Shown here piece by piece: positions 37,479-51,984 of a stretch of 64,000 nt of DNA. The translations under genes and the position numbers were made by a program. Origin of the DNA: Nitrospirota bacterium (GTDB lineage: Bacteria; Nitrospirota; UBA9217); assembly GCA_963749655.1 (NCBI GenBank), contig CAVVOB010000030.1, forward strand, positions 32,001-96,000. The letters are read 5' to 3'. Each line of letters begins with the position of its first letter. The first letter of the stretch is position 1. Under the pieces are notes generated by a model that was given only the letters and a program-made list of their open reading frames with translations, searched no databases and was not told the DNA's origin.

Positions 37479-40280
37479 CTATAGTATCTTTTTCAGAAAC
37501 TGTCCAGTATGGGATTTCGGCGCGCGGGCCACTTCCTCGGGAGTTCCCTGGGCCACGATCTGGCCGCCGCCGTCCCCGCCCTCGGGGCCGAGGTCTATGA
37601 TCCAGTCCGCGGTCTTGATCACGTCGAGGTTGTGCTCGATCACCACGACCGTATTTCCGGCGTTGACGAGCTGGTTCAGCATGTCGAGCAGCTTCTGCGT
37701 GTCCGCGAAGTGAAGGCCCGTCGTCGGCTCGTCGAGGATGTAGAGCGTGCGCCCCGTGGCGCGGCGCGAGAGCTCCTTCGACAGCTTGACGCGCTGCGAT
37801 TCACCGCCCGAAAGCGTCGTGGCCGACTGTCCCAGCGTGATGTATCCGAGGCCGACCTCCATGAGCGTCTGGAGCTTCGACCGGACGGGCGGGACGTTCT
37901 GGAAGAACTCGAGGGCCTGCTCCACGGTCATGGCGAGCACGTCGGCGATGTTCTTGCCCTTGTACCGGATGTCGAGGGTCTCGCGGTTGTAGCGGCTGCC
38001 CTGGCATACGTCGCAGGTCACGTACACGTCGGGCAGGAAGTGCATCTCGATCTTGATGAGGCCGTCTCCCTCGCAGGCTTCGCACCGGCCGCCCTTGACG
38101 TTGAAACTGTAGCGGCCCGCCTTGTAGCCGCGCACCCGCGACTCCGGGAGCTGGGCGAAGAGCTCGCGGACCGGGCTGAAGACGCCGGTGTAGGTGGCCG
38201 GGTTCGAGCGCGGCGTCCGGCCGATGGGCGACTGGTCGATGTCGATGACCTTGTCGATGTGCTCCAGTCCCTTGATGTCCTTGTGCTTGCCCGCCCGCTC
38301 CGTGGAGCGGTAGAGGCGCTGCGCCAGGGCGCGGTACAGGATGTCGACGACCAGGGTGCTCTTGCCGGAGCCCGACACGCCGGTCACGCAGGTGAAGATG
38401 CCGAGGGGAAAGGGGACGGTGATGCTCCGGAGATTGTTCTCCGTTGCGCCTACGATGCTGATCGACTTGTTGGACGTCCGGCGGGAGGGCGGTACGTCGA
38501 TGTAAGCCTTCCCCGAAAGATACTGGCCGGTGAGCGACTCCGGCACCCGCTGCACTTCCTGCGGGGTCCCCTGGGCCACGATCTCGCCGCCGTGCACGCC
38601 CGCGCCCGGCCCCATGTCGATCACGTGGTCCGCCGAGCGGATGGTCTCCTCGTCGTGCTCCACCACGAGGACGGTGTTGCCGAGATCGCGCAGCCGGAAC
38701 AGCGTGTCCAGGAGTCGCCGGTTGTCCCGCTGGTGCAGGCCGATGGACGGCTCGTCGAGAATGTACAGAACGCCGACGAGAGAGGAGCCGATCTGGGTGG
38801 CCAGCCGGATGCGCTGTCCCTCGCCGCCGGACAGCGTGGCTGCGCCCCGCTCCAGGGTCAGGTAGTCGAGGCCCACGTGCACCATGAAGCCGAGGCGCTC
38901 GCGGATCTCTTTCAGGATCCGCTGGGCAATGGCCCGCTCCTTGTCCGTGAGCTTCAGCTCCCCGAAAAAGGCCAGCGCCTGCCTGATGCTCATGCGGGTG
39001 ATCTCGTGAATGTTCAAGCCGGCGACCTTGATGGAAAGGGACTCTTTCCGCAGCCTGCTTCCCTCGCAATCCGGACAGGTCTGGTAGTTCATGTACTGCT
39101 CCAGCTCCCATTGGATGGCGTAGGAATCGGTCTCGTCGTAGCGGTGCTTCAGGTTCTCGATGACCCCTTCGAAGGGCTTGCAGGCCGCTCCCCGCCGCCC
39201 CGCCGAGGCTCCGGCCCCCGTTCTCGCCGGTGCCGTGAAGGAGCATCTTCTGCTGCGCGGCCGACAGATTCCGGAAGGGGGTATTGACGTCGAAGCCGCA
39301 CCCGTCGGCAATGGAGTGGAGCATGTCGTAGTGATAGACCGAGGTGCGCTTGGCCCACGGCTTTATCGCCCCTTCCCGGAGCGAAAGGTTCGGGTTCGGG
39401 ACGATGAGGTCCGGATCGAATTCGAGGAGCCCTCCCAGGCCGTCGCAGGTGGGGCAGGCGCCCTGGGGGCTGTTGAAGGAGAAGCTGTTGGGCGCGATGT
39501 CGGGATAGCTGATGTTGTCGACGATGCAGGCCAGCTTCTCGCTGTAGAGAAGGTCCTTCTTCTGGTCCACAAGGTTGATGAGGACGATGCCCTCGGCCTG
39601 CCGGAGGGCCGTCTCGATGCTTTCTGCAAGCCGCCGCTCCACGCCGGGCTTGATCACGAGCCGGTCGATCACGATCTCGATGTCGTGCTTCTTCTTCTTG
39701 TCCATCGGGACCGGCTCGGAGAGGTCCTTGATCACGCCGTCGATCCGGGCCCGCACGTACCCCGACGCGCCCGCGGCCATCAGCTCCTTCTTATACTCGC
39801 CCTTCCGGCCGCGCACGATCGGCGCCAGCACCTGGATGCGCTGGTTTCCCGCGGCAGGGCCATGACCGCATCGGTGATCTGCTGGACCGTCTGGGCGGCG
39901 ATCTCGCGGCCGCATTTGTAGCAGAAGGGCTTGCCGATGCGGGCGTAGAGGAGGCGCAGGTAGTCGTAGACCTCGGTAACGGTGCCGACGGTCGAACGGG
40001 GGTTCTTGCTCGTGGTTTTCTGCTCGATGGCGATGGCGGGCGACAGGCCGTCGATGGAGTCCACGTCCGGCTTGTCCATCTGGCCCAGGAACTGCCGGGC
40101 GTAAGCCGAAAGGCTTTCGACATAGCGCCGCTGGCCCTCGGCGTAGATCGTGTCGAAGGCGAGCGATGATTTGCCCGAACCCGACAAACCGGTGATGACG
40201 ACCAGCTTGTCCCGCGGGATCTCGAGGTCGATGTTTTTAAGATTGTGCTGGCGGCAGCCCTTAAGAATGATCTTGTTCAT
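37479..40280 (-). CDS. uvrA: Excinuclease ABC subunit A (apparent frameshifts near 39855 and 39190)
   Basis: [24 protein letters not shown]; [15 protein letters not shown]; [13 protein letters not shown]; GVSGSGKS; [11 protein letters not shown], over three frames. Confidence 0.95.
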
Positions 40281-40548
40281 AGGAATAGCGGAATCACGAA
40301 GCGAAAGATAATTGTACCACCGGGCATGGGTGGAGTAAAGAAATTTATAGCGCACAGGCCTTCGCGGGGAACGGCGCAGGGGGCGGTTTACGCGGCGGAA
40401 AAGCAGGGCGGCGAGGTCCTTCAGAGAGGGGATGAACGCTTGTCGGCACCGCCTCCGCCGGCGCCGATGCGCCGGAGGTTGCAGCGTTGCTTGCCTATTC
40501 TATAATCAAAAACATTGCGCTCATTTATATTATTTATAGGCAAAATTC

Positions 40549-40577
40549 TTGACAATGATTTTTCGTTGTGTTAACTT
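40549..40577 (+). promoter_or_regulatory. Putative sigma70 promoter of the atp operon
   Basis: TTGACA, 17 bp spacer, TAACTT with upstream TG. Confidence 0.55.
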
Positions 40578-40633
40578 TTTTCACACTTTAAAAGGCCAAA
40601 CAAGCGTTTCTCTGTCTGAGAGGAAACTGCATT

Positions 40634-41060
40634 ATGATAGATATCAACTTCAACACTTCTTATCCAGCTCGTCAACTTCCTTGTTCTGCTCGTCGTCCTC
40701 CATATCATTCTTTTCAAGCCCATCCGGCAGGTCATGCAGGAGCGCGAGCAGGGGATCAGCTCCGCGCTGGGCGATGCCAGGAATGCGTCGGAGCGCATGC
40801 AGAGCCTCCTCGACGGTTATAATACCTCGCTGGCCGAGGCCAAGCAGAAGGCGACAACCGTCTACAATACCGGCTACCAGCAGGGCCTTGATGCGCAGCG
40901 CGAGATGATCTCCGCCGAGCGCGCCAAAGCCTCGGAGATGCTCGATAAGGCCCGCGCCGAGGTCTCTTCGGCATCCGCCGCCGCGAGGGCGGATCTCAAG
41001 AAAGAGGCGGAGCGGCTGTCCCAGGAGATCACCTCCAAGCTGCTCGGAAGGGCGGTGTAG
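40634..41060 (+). CDS. atpF: ATP synthase F0 subunit b' (frameshift near 40653)
   Basis: Removing one A gives MIDINFTLLIQLVNFLVLLVVLHIILFKPIRQVMQER...ITSKLLGRAV. Confidence 0.85.
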
Positions 41061-41096
41061 CCGTGGGGAATACCATGCTGAAGAAATCCATATCAT

Positions 41097-41653
41097 ATGT
41101 CCTTGCTCGCAGCCTGTGTTCTGGCCGCGGGATTTGCCTTTGCATCGGAAGCAGCCGAGGGCGGCCATGAAACCATGACGTTCATGGGGGACTGGTTCCC
41201 GAGGCTCGTCAATTTCGGCATCATCGCCTTCGTCGTGGTCTACTTCATGAGAAAGCCTGTCCGCGATTTCTTCGCGAACCGGACCGCCGAGATCGCAAAG
41301 GCCATGCAGGAATCCAGGGAAGCCCGCGACCGCGCCGTTTCGGCCCTGGCCGAGATGGAGCGGAAGATCAAAGACCTCGAGGCGGAGACGGCGCGCCTGG
41401 TGGCTGATGCGCAGGTCCGCGGCGAGAAGGACCGCCAGGCGCTTATCGAGGAAGGCAAGCGGGTCGCCCAGGAAGTACAGGCGCAGGTCAAGGACGGCAT
41501 CGACATCGAAGTGCAGAAAGCCAAGTCCGCCCTTGCCATGGAGGCCTCGCTCCTTTCCATCGAGCTGGCCGAGGGCAAGATCAAAGAAAAGATCAGCAGC
41601 CAGGACCATGAGCGCATTGTGAAGGAATACGTCGCCAAAGTGGGAGGCAAGGG

Positions 41654-41657
<4 letters not shown>
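41097..41657 (+). CDS. atpF: ATP synthase F0 subunit b
   Basis: RLVNFGIIAFVVVYFMRKPVRDFFANR plus coiled coil; true start may be ATG 41075 via a frameshift. Confidence 0.88.
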
Positions 41658-43733
<2,076 letters not shown>

Positions 43734-43737
43734 GACA

Positions 43738-43806
43738 GTTTAGTGTTTCGTGTTTAGCGTTTCGAGTGACTTCAAACCCGAAACCCAGAACGCGGAACTC
43801 GGAACC
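43738..43806. repeat. Inverted heptamer arms GTTTCGN / CGAAACC
   Basis: gtttagt gtttcgt gtttagc gtttcga ... tcaaacc cgaaacc cagaacg cggaact cggaacc. Confidence 0.85.
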
Positions 43807-43817
43807 AGGACGAAAAC

Positions 43818-44684
43818 ATGCCCAGCTTAAGAGATATTAAAAGAAAGATCACGAGCGTCAAGAAGACCCAGCAGATCACGAAGGCCATGAAGATGGTGGC
43901 CGCGGCGAAGCTTCGCCGCTCCCAGGAGCGGGTCATCGCGGCGCGGCCGTATGCGCGCAAGATGCTCGCCGTGATCGCGAACCTTGCCGGCCGTGTCGAG
44001 CGGGCGCAGCATCCGCTGCTCGCCAAGCGGGAACCGAAGCAGGTGAAGCTCCTCGTGCTCACGTCCGACCGCGGCCTCTGCGGCGCTTACAACACCAACA
44101 TCCTGCGCAAAGCGGTCGAGGCGGTCAAGACGTTCAAGGCCGAAGGCAAGGATGTCAAGGTGAATATCGTGGGCAGAAAAGGGCGCGACTTCTTCCGCAA
44201 GCGCCCGGCCTATACGCTCGGCAAGGTGTGGTCCGACCTCGGCATGGTGGACTACGAGAAGGCCGCCGACGTGGGCAAGAACATCGTCGACCGTTTCATT
44301 GCCGGCGATACCGATGAAGTATACCTGCTCTATAACGAGTTCAAGAGCGTGATCCAGCAGAAAGTCACCCTGGAGAAGCTCCTTCCGGTGGAACCGCCTG
44401 CGGAAGCCGATCCCTTCATGGCTGCCGTGGACTATCTGTACGAGCCCAATCCGGAAGCGATCCTGGGTTCCATCCTGCCGAAGCACATCGAGGTTCAGGT
44501 ATACCGTTCGATGCTGGAAAGCCAGGCCAGCGAGATGGGCGCGCGCATGACGGCTATGGACTCCGCGACCCGAAATGCCAGGGACATGATAGACCGGCTT
44601 ACGCTGAAGTACAACAAACAGCGTCAGGCCGCTATCACCAAGGAGATATCGGAGATCGTCGGCGGGGCGGAAGCATTGAAGTAA
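43818..44684 (+). CDS. atpG: ATP synthase F1 gamma subunit
   Basis: ITKAMKMVAAAK, SDRGLCG, RQAAITKEISEIVGGAEAL. Confidence 0.98.
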   Translation: MPSLRDIKRKITSVKKTQQITKAMKMVAAAKLRRSQERVIAARPYARKMLAVIANLAGRVERAQHPLLAKREPKQVKLLVLTSDRGLCGAYNTNILRKAVEAVKTFKAEGKDVKVNIVGRKGRDFFRKRPAYTLGKVWSDLGMVDYEKAADVGKNIVDRFIAGDTDEVYLLYNEFKSVIQQKVTLEKLLPVEPPAEADPFMAAVDYLYEPNPEAILGSILPKHIEVQVYRSMLESQASEMGARMTAMDSATRNARDMIDRLTLKYNKQRQAAITKEISEIVGGAEALK

Positions 44685-44688
44685 ATCG

Positions 44689-46224
<1,536 letters not shown>

Positions 46225-46254
46225 AAATTGAGCGCTGAGGATTGGAAAAAGAAC

Positions 46255-46680
46255 ATGGTCGCTGAAAAAGGGAAAATGCTTCTCGAAATAGTTGCGCCGA
46301 GCCGACAGGTCGTCCGGTCCGAGCATGTGGATGAAGTCATTGCGCCCGGAAGCGAGGGTGAATTCGGAGTCCTGCCGGGGCACACGCCGTACCTGACCAC
46401 GCTCAAGGTCGGCATGCTTTCCTACCGCGAAGGCACGACATGGCACCATCTCGCCGTGGACTGGGGATATGCCGAAGTCGGGCCCGACCGGGTCGTTATC
46501 CTGGCCGAAGGCGCGGACCGGGCCACGGAAATCGACATTTCCGAAGCCAGACTTGCCAAGGAACGGGCGGAAAAGGCCCTCAGCGAAAAACTGGATCACG
46601 CGGATTACGAGAAAAACCGCATAGAGCTGCTCCGCGCCATGATCAGGATCCAGGTGGCCGAAAAGCACGGACAAAAATAA
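46255..46680 (+). CDS. atpC: ATP synthase F1 epsilon subunit
   Basis: LEIVAP, PGSEGEFGVLPGHTP, GYAEV. Confidence 0.94.
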   Translation: MVAEKGKMLLEIVAPSRQVVRSEHVDEVIAPGSEGEFGVLPGHTPYLTTLKVGMLSYREGTTWHHLAVDWGYAEVGPDRVVILAEGADRATEIDISEARLAKERAEKALSEKLDHADYEKNRIELLRAMIRIQVAEKHGQK

Positions 46681-46706
46681 GAAGCCGAAAGCTACTCCTG
46701 TTCATC

Positions 46707-46744
46707 AAAAAAAGGCAGCCTCCACCGGGGCTGTCTTTTTTTTT
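46707..46744 (+). terminator. Intrinsic terminator after the atp operon
   Basis: aaaggcagcc-tccaccgg-ggctgtcttttttttt. Confidence 0.85.
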
Positions 46745-46780
46745 GAGTTCAGGACCGATTGCCGGAGGATGGGAAACCGC

Positions 46781-46817
46781 TTGACACCTCGCCCGGTTAA
46801 ATTTATAATTATTCCAA
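46781..46817 (+). promoter_or_regulatory. Consensus sigma70 promoter overlapped by a Per-box-like operator
   Basis: TTGACA-17-TATAAT (46781-46809); TTATAATtATTCCAA (46803-46817) has 2 mismatches to the B. subtilis Per box TTATAATnATTATAA. Confidence 0.75.
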
Positions 46818-46829
46818 AGTAGAAAAAAC

Positions 46830-47256
46830 ATGGACATAAACAACGATCAGCAGAAGGAACCGAATGTCCGCCTGAAACGGACGCCGCAACGACTCGCGAT
46901 CCTCGAGTACCTGGATGGCAACACATCGCATCCCTCGGCCGAGGATATTTACCGGGCGGTGTCCAAGAAGTATCGTTCGATGTCTTTTGCGACCGTATAC
47001 AACACTCTTCATACCCTGACGCGCGCCGGGGTGCTCCGGGAGCTCACCATTGATCCGGAGCGAAAACGCTATGATCCCGATACGAGCCATCACCACCATC
47101 TGATCTGCATCAGCTGCGGAAAAGTGTTCGATGTTCCCGAAGAGATCCGCGTCGATCCGCCGAAGACGATGCAGGAAGACTTCACGGTCGTCGGGAACCA
47201 TGTCGAGTTTTACGGATATTGCGGTGTCTGCAGAAAAAAGCGAAACCGGTACCTGA
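46830..47256 (+). CDS. perR: Fur-family peroxide regulator PerR (in frame with fprA as given; probably ends at TGA 47254-47256)
   Basis: TPQRLAIL, HPSAEDIY, ATVYNTL, HHHLICISCG, YGYCGVC. Confidence 0.85.
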
Positions 47257-47315
47257 CCGCTGCGCGTCCGGCGCAGCAAACAACCAGGGAAAGAGTGAGT
47301 CGACAGGAGGCCGCC

Positions 47316-48566
47316 ATGCGCGCTGTTGAAATTAAACCGAAAATCTACTGGGTAGGAGCGATCGATTGGGCGGTCCGCGATTTTCACGGCTATATTACGC
47401 CGAACGGCACTTCCTACAATAATTATCTGATCGTGGACAAGCAGGTCACGCTCGTCGACACGGTCAAGCACGATTTCTCCGAATATACCCTCGACAACAT
47501 CCGCAGCCTCGTCGATCCCGCTGCAATCGAGAATGTCATCATCAATCACATCGAAAACGACCACATGTCGAGCATCGACAGGATCATGGAGCTCGCTCCG
47601 AAGGCGACGATCTACATTACCGCCCGCGGCAAAAAGGGGCTTGACCGCTTCTTCGACACGTCCCGCTGGAACTTCAAGATCGTCAAGACCGGGGACACGC
47701 TCAGTACGGGCACTAAAACGATCACCTTCCTGGAAACGCCCATGCTTCACTGGCCCGACTCCATGATGAGCTATGTGGCGGAGGACAAGCTCCTGATCAG
47801 CCAGGATGCCTTCGGCCAGCACCTTGCTTCATCGGCCCGGTTCGACGACGAGTACTGCGATCAATATTCCGTGACCGGCCTCGAACACGCGGTGCGCGAC
47901 TATTATGCCAACATCCTTATGCCCTTCGGTTCGCTGGTCAAGGCCAAGATTGCCGAGGTCCGGAAGCTGGGGCTGGAGATTTCGATGATCGCGCCCGACC
48001 ACGGGATCATCTGGCGGCGGGACCCTGAAAAGATCCTTCAGATGTACCTCGACATGGCGAACGACAAAGCGGACCTCCGGGTCGTGATCGTGTACGACAC
48101 GATGTGGCACAGCACGGAACACATGACCATTCCCCTCATGCAGGGGATCAGGGCCGCCGGCGTCGACGTCGATGTTCTGAAGCTCAGGGCAACGCCGATG
48201 AGCAAGGCGATCAAGGGCATATGGGAATCGCGGGCCATGCTCGTGGGTACGCCGACCTTGAACAACATCATGTTCCCGAGCGTTGCCGAGTTTCTTACCC
48301 ACCTGAGGGGCCTCCGCCCCAAGAACAGGCTGGCCGCCGCCTTCGGCAGTTACGGGTGGGGCGGCGGCGCAGTCAAGGAGGCTTACGAAACTTTCAAGAA
48401 AATGGGGCTCGAAGTCGTCGAGCCGGGGGTTGAAGTGCTCTATCGGCCGAGTCCCGAGGACGATAAAAAGTGCTACGAGTTCGGCAAGATGTTTGCCGAA
48501 AAGACGAAAGAGTACCATAAGAAGTTCGACGGCCTGGGAGAGGGGCAGTGCCAGCCGGCGAAATAG
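47316..48566 (+). CDS. fprA: Flavodiiron protein (FprA/rubredoxin:oxygen oxidoreductase)
   Basis: [52 protein letters not shown]; own AGGAGG RBS. Confidence 0.94.
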   Translation: MRAVEIKPKIYWVGAIDWAVRDFHGYITPNGTSYNNYLIVDKQVTLVDTVKHDFSEYTLDNIRSLVDPAAIENVIINHIENDHMSSIDRIMELAPKATIYITARGKKGLDRFFDTSRWNFKIVKTGDTLSTGTKTITFLETPMLHWPDSMMSYVAEDKLLISQDAFGQHLASSARFDDEYCDQYSVTGLEHAVRDYYANILMPFGSLVKAKIAEVRKLGLEISMIAPDHGIIWRRDPEKILQMYLDMANDKADLRVVIVYDTMWHSTEHMTIPLMQGIRAAGVDVDVLKLRATPMSKAIKGIWESRAMLVGTPTLNNIMFPSVAEFLTHLRGLRPKNRLAAAFGSYGWGGGAVKEAYETFKKMGLEVVEPGVEVLYRPSPEDDKKCYEFGKMFAEKTKEYHKKFDGLGEGQCQPAK

Positions 48567-48678
48567 CAGCATGATTTCACACGACAATCAAAGACGGACA
48601 AAACAGGTCGTCACTCAGGTTTCGGCTTCGTTGCGGCACGCTGACAGCAGTATCAATTTTTTCAACCGGGAGGCTCTG

Positions 48679-48807
48679 ATGTGGAGATGCACCATCTGCG
48701 GATATGTGTATGATGAAGCGAAAGAAGGAACGAAGTTCGAGGAGCTCCCTGATGATTGGGCGTGCCCGGTGTGCAATGCACCCAAGGATGCGTTTGTGAG
48801 GATGTAG
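48679..48807 (+). CDS. Rubredoxin
   Basis: [12 protein letters not shown]...[20 protein letters not shown]; GGAGG RBS. Confidence 0.93.
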   Translation: MWRCTICGYVYDEAKEGTKFEELPDDWACPVCNAPKDAFVRM

Positions 48808-48829
48808 AAAAGAGTAATGAATGAACCAT

Positions 48830-48863
48830 AAAAAAGCGAGCCTCAAACAGGCTCGCTTTTCTT
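48830..48863 (+). terminator. Intrinsic terminator
   Basis: aaaagcgagcct-caaac-aggctcgcttttctt. Confidence 0.85.
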
Positions 48864-49214
48864 GTTATATGAGAATCCGACATGAGGAGTTCATCGGCTG
48901 CTTCTTCCTGAACAATGCGGGTTGTCATTCCTCACAACACTCATAGTTACCTTCCGAAGTTGATACCGCATACCCCGAAAATACCCCGCTGGAATACCCC
49001 GCTGGAATCGTTGACATTGTTTCGCATCAAGCATATATTCGTCTGGGAAAGAGAAGCCTGTTGACATGGTCATTGCTAAACTCGATATTAACGGATTTCC
49101 GTGGATATTGAGTTGGCCCCAACTAGACAAATGTTAGTTAAACAGTAAATGAAAATGAGCCATTAATATCAGGTGGAAACATTTCTCAGCATCTCCAAAA
49201 AAGGAGACATTATA

Positions 49215-50122
49215 ATGTATCGCTTTCTAGCCGGATGGATCGTAATCGTCCTTTTTTCTGGCCTGGTTTTTCTTTCGGAAGTGAAGAAAGCAGACCAGAA
49301 AACGAGCCGGCGAAGATTCAGGATCAAAGTGGAGAAACTGAACAGGTTAAAAAAATAGGCCCATATGTAATAGAAGGAAAACGTATTGCTATCATAGCTC
49401 ATATTAGAGAGCGTGAAGGGTATGTACTTCCAAGTAGTTACTTTGAGATACAAGATGAAGCTGGAGTATCCCATTGTAAACAAGGATTGGGATTTATTCC
49501 CGGATTATCTACCAATATAGAAGGGGCATTTAAACTCGAAGGCAAAAGTGGGGAAGGTCTGATAATTTATTTCGATTCCGGACCAACTGCCCCGTCCGCA
49601 GGAAAATCTTTTCAAATTTTTGGACTAGAGAAAGGGAATATAAAGCCTTTATCACTTCCAATCACTGTTTACGGAAATTTTGAGCAATTACCAAAAAAAA
49701 AATCTGATCAAGTACTTAAGCTCTTGGACGGTGATCTCATAAAGGCAAAAGTGTGGAAGGGGCTGATTGGAGTAGTGGTCCCCCTCTTGGTAGATTTGAA
49801 GAGATTGACGATTGTGCCGCTAAATAACAACGGCATTTTTGATATTTACCTTGGGTCAGACCCAGATAAACCTTATAAATTACCACGCTCTTTTTATCGA
49901 GACCATAATTTAAATGCGAAGATAGAAAAAATTGATATATTAAAAGGCACGGATGTCCATTTTTTAAAAGCTTTTGCCGATGTCCGGCTGAAACAAGACT
50001 GGGCACCTGTTCTAGATGTCGATGTTTCAAATCTGTGGCTCAAGGTAAAAATCAACGGTCAGGAAGGATGGCTTAATGATCTTGATGATTTTATTAACCT
50101 TGGGTTGAGTCCGAGTGGCTAA
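49215..50122 (+). CDS. AT-rich secreted hypothetical protein (apparent frameshift in T-run near 49255), possible integron cassette gene
   Basis: AAGGAG RBS plus MYRFLAGWIVIVL joins the 295-aa ORF after removing one T; C-terminal WLKVKINGQEGWL is SH3-like; stop lies within GGCTAAC. Confidence 0.65.
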
Positions 50123-50159
50123 CAAGGTAGGTTTGCTAGAACGAAGTGAAAACTGACGA

Positions 50160-50217
50160 TTCTAACCATTCGGCTAGAGGGTCGCGAAAACCGCGCACCT
50201 CAGCCGAGCCGTTCATT
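50160..50217 (+). mobile_element. attC-like integron recombination site (58 bp)
   Basis: TTCTAAC..TCGGCT(A)GAGG..CGCG-AAAAC-CGCG..CCTCAGCCGA..GTTCATT: AAC/GTT ends, L boxes with one unpaired base. Confidence 0.6.
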
Positions 50218-50397
50218 TGCAAGTTAAAACCGGTAATACACAGGATCTCTGATGGTCACAGTTTGCGCAGTAGTTATATATGGATAAAGCAAAATTTATT
50301 TCTTCCTGAACTGTTGAAGCTGCAAGTCCTGCCATCTTTCAATCTTTCACTTCGGTAAGCATCAGCTGATATCCCGAGTAAACCCGTCATTCAAACA

Positions 50398-50426
50398 TTG
50401 ACAACATTTTGTATAAGGCATAATAT
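50398..50426 (+). promoter_or_regulatory. Putative sigma70 promoter
   Basis: TTGACA-17-TAATAT upstream of ATG 50458. Confidence 0.5.
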
Positions 50427-50457
50427 TCGTTAAAATAATGAATTTGGTTTTACCTAT

Positions 50458-51919
50458 ATGAAAAATCTCTTAGAAGTTCCAATTACATCAGTAACCGCGC
50501 TTACCGCCTGAACGCGCCGTGGTTGTCATGCGTGCCATTCTTCGATCTGAATGCGCATACGCCAAGCTGAGTCCAGCTGTATTGACGATCTCTTCTCGAC
50601 TCACGATCGCGGACGGCGGCATTGACGCGGAAATCAATGTCCCGACCGGGATTACGGTGCCGCACAGATTGCATCTTTCAGCTCGGGCTCACTGGATTCC
50701 AGATCAAGTCTGGAACAGCATTCAAGCCCTGGACATCGAGCGCGATCCGTGGCGAACTGCTTGACAGCCACGGGGAACTGTCCTCCGAGGTGGAGCGACT
50801 TGTACGCCGTCGTGGTCGCTATACACTGCTTTGCACGGGCCATGACCTAACCCCGGAACAGCGTAATGATTCTCGGCACCAGATTGCTGTAGTACTGTCG
50901 GAAATGGGAGTCGATGGATACGATGACCTGATCGAAGTTTCGGCGCGAGTCAGATTGCGGAATTTGCGGAGCGCTATCCGGGAACAGCATCCCTTCTGAC
51001 AGTCGATCCGATTCAGGAAGCCTGGGTCTTTGAGGAATGGCGACAGGATGCTCATTTGGCAAATGCTTTCGAGGCTTCTCCGGATCAGGATGAAATAATT
51101 GCCCGGATTCGGGCAGGTCTGCAGGGCGACATCAAACATATTCGCGTTCTCGGAGAGCCCGGCCTGGGGAAGACACGCATTGTTCTGGAGTCCGTTAAAG
51201 ACGAAAATATCGCACCATACGTGCTTTACATACCGCACGGCTCACAGTTCGGGCAGACAAAACTCTTTCGCCAGCTGCTGAAAAGCGGCTATAGCAAGCC
51301 GCTCGATACTTGTCATCGACGAGCTGCCAGAGTCTGAGATGGCAGATATTTGGAGGCATTTGAAACCTCGTTGCGGTAGCCTGAAGATAGTGTCACTGGA
51401 TCATGGAAGAGATGAAACCCGCGATGAGGAAATTGAACGACTCCACGCCCCGCTTCTGCCGGACGAGACCATTAAAGAGATACTGATCAGACCGAGTCGG
51501 CGAATCACGAGAGATCGATCGATGGGTCGCGATTTGCGAAGGGTCTCCGCGTGTTGCGTTGGCCGTCGGAGACAATCTGCGGGCAAATCCAGACGACATC
51601 CTGAAACCACCATCCACGGTGCCAATTTGGGCGAGGTTCCTGCATGGCTACGGTCGCCGGGAGGAAGGGTTCGCAAGGCAGATCGATTGTGTCGCCCAGC
51701 ATCTGGCCCTGTTCAGCCGATTTGGTTATGAAGCTCCTGTAGGAGAAGAAGCGGTATACATCGCCGAACAGATTCGCAAGGTCGATCCGACGATAGGATG
51801 GGCGCGGTTTCAGGAAATCATTCAAAGTCTTCGTTCGAGAAGAGTACTCCAGGGAAGCAGGACGCTCTTCTTCGTGCCAAAAGCCCTCCACATTTATCTG
51901 TGGAAACAAGAAAGACATT
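50458..51919 (+). pseudogene. N-terminal part of a PD-(D/E)xK nuclease plus STAND-like NTPase gene (Avs-like), multiply frameshifted and truncated by the RAYT element
   Basis: Joined frames read ADGGIDAEI...GFQIKSG, Walker A VLGEPGLGKTR, Walker B LVIDE, CEGSPRVA; ends at ...HIYLWKQ at the RAYT inverted repeat. Confidence 0.65.
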
Positions 51920-51949
51920 GGGGACGTTGTGTCCGGAGTGTCATTATGC

Positions 51950-51978
51950 TTGACAACCATCACCTCTTCACATAGACT
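51950..51978 (+). promoter_or_regulatory. Promoter predicting a leaderless RAYT mRNA
   Basis: TTGACA-17-TAGACT ending 6 nt before ATG 51985; no SD. Confidence 0.55.
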
Positions 51979-51984
51979 TGCTCC

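Noticed and set aside
40566-40585. Rex or CRP site in the atp promoter (TTGTG...CACAC)
   Set aside because: Half-site spacing of 11 nt fits neither Rex (8) nor CRP (6).
46830-48566. Genuine 578-aa PerR-FprA fusion
   Set aside because: The linker looks non-coding, fprA has its own RBS, and a 1-nt correction in an A-run restores a normal PerR stop.
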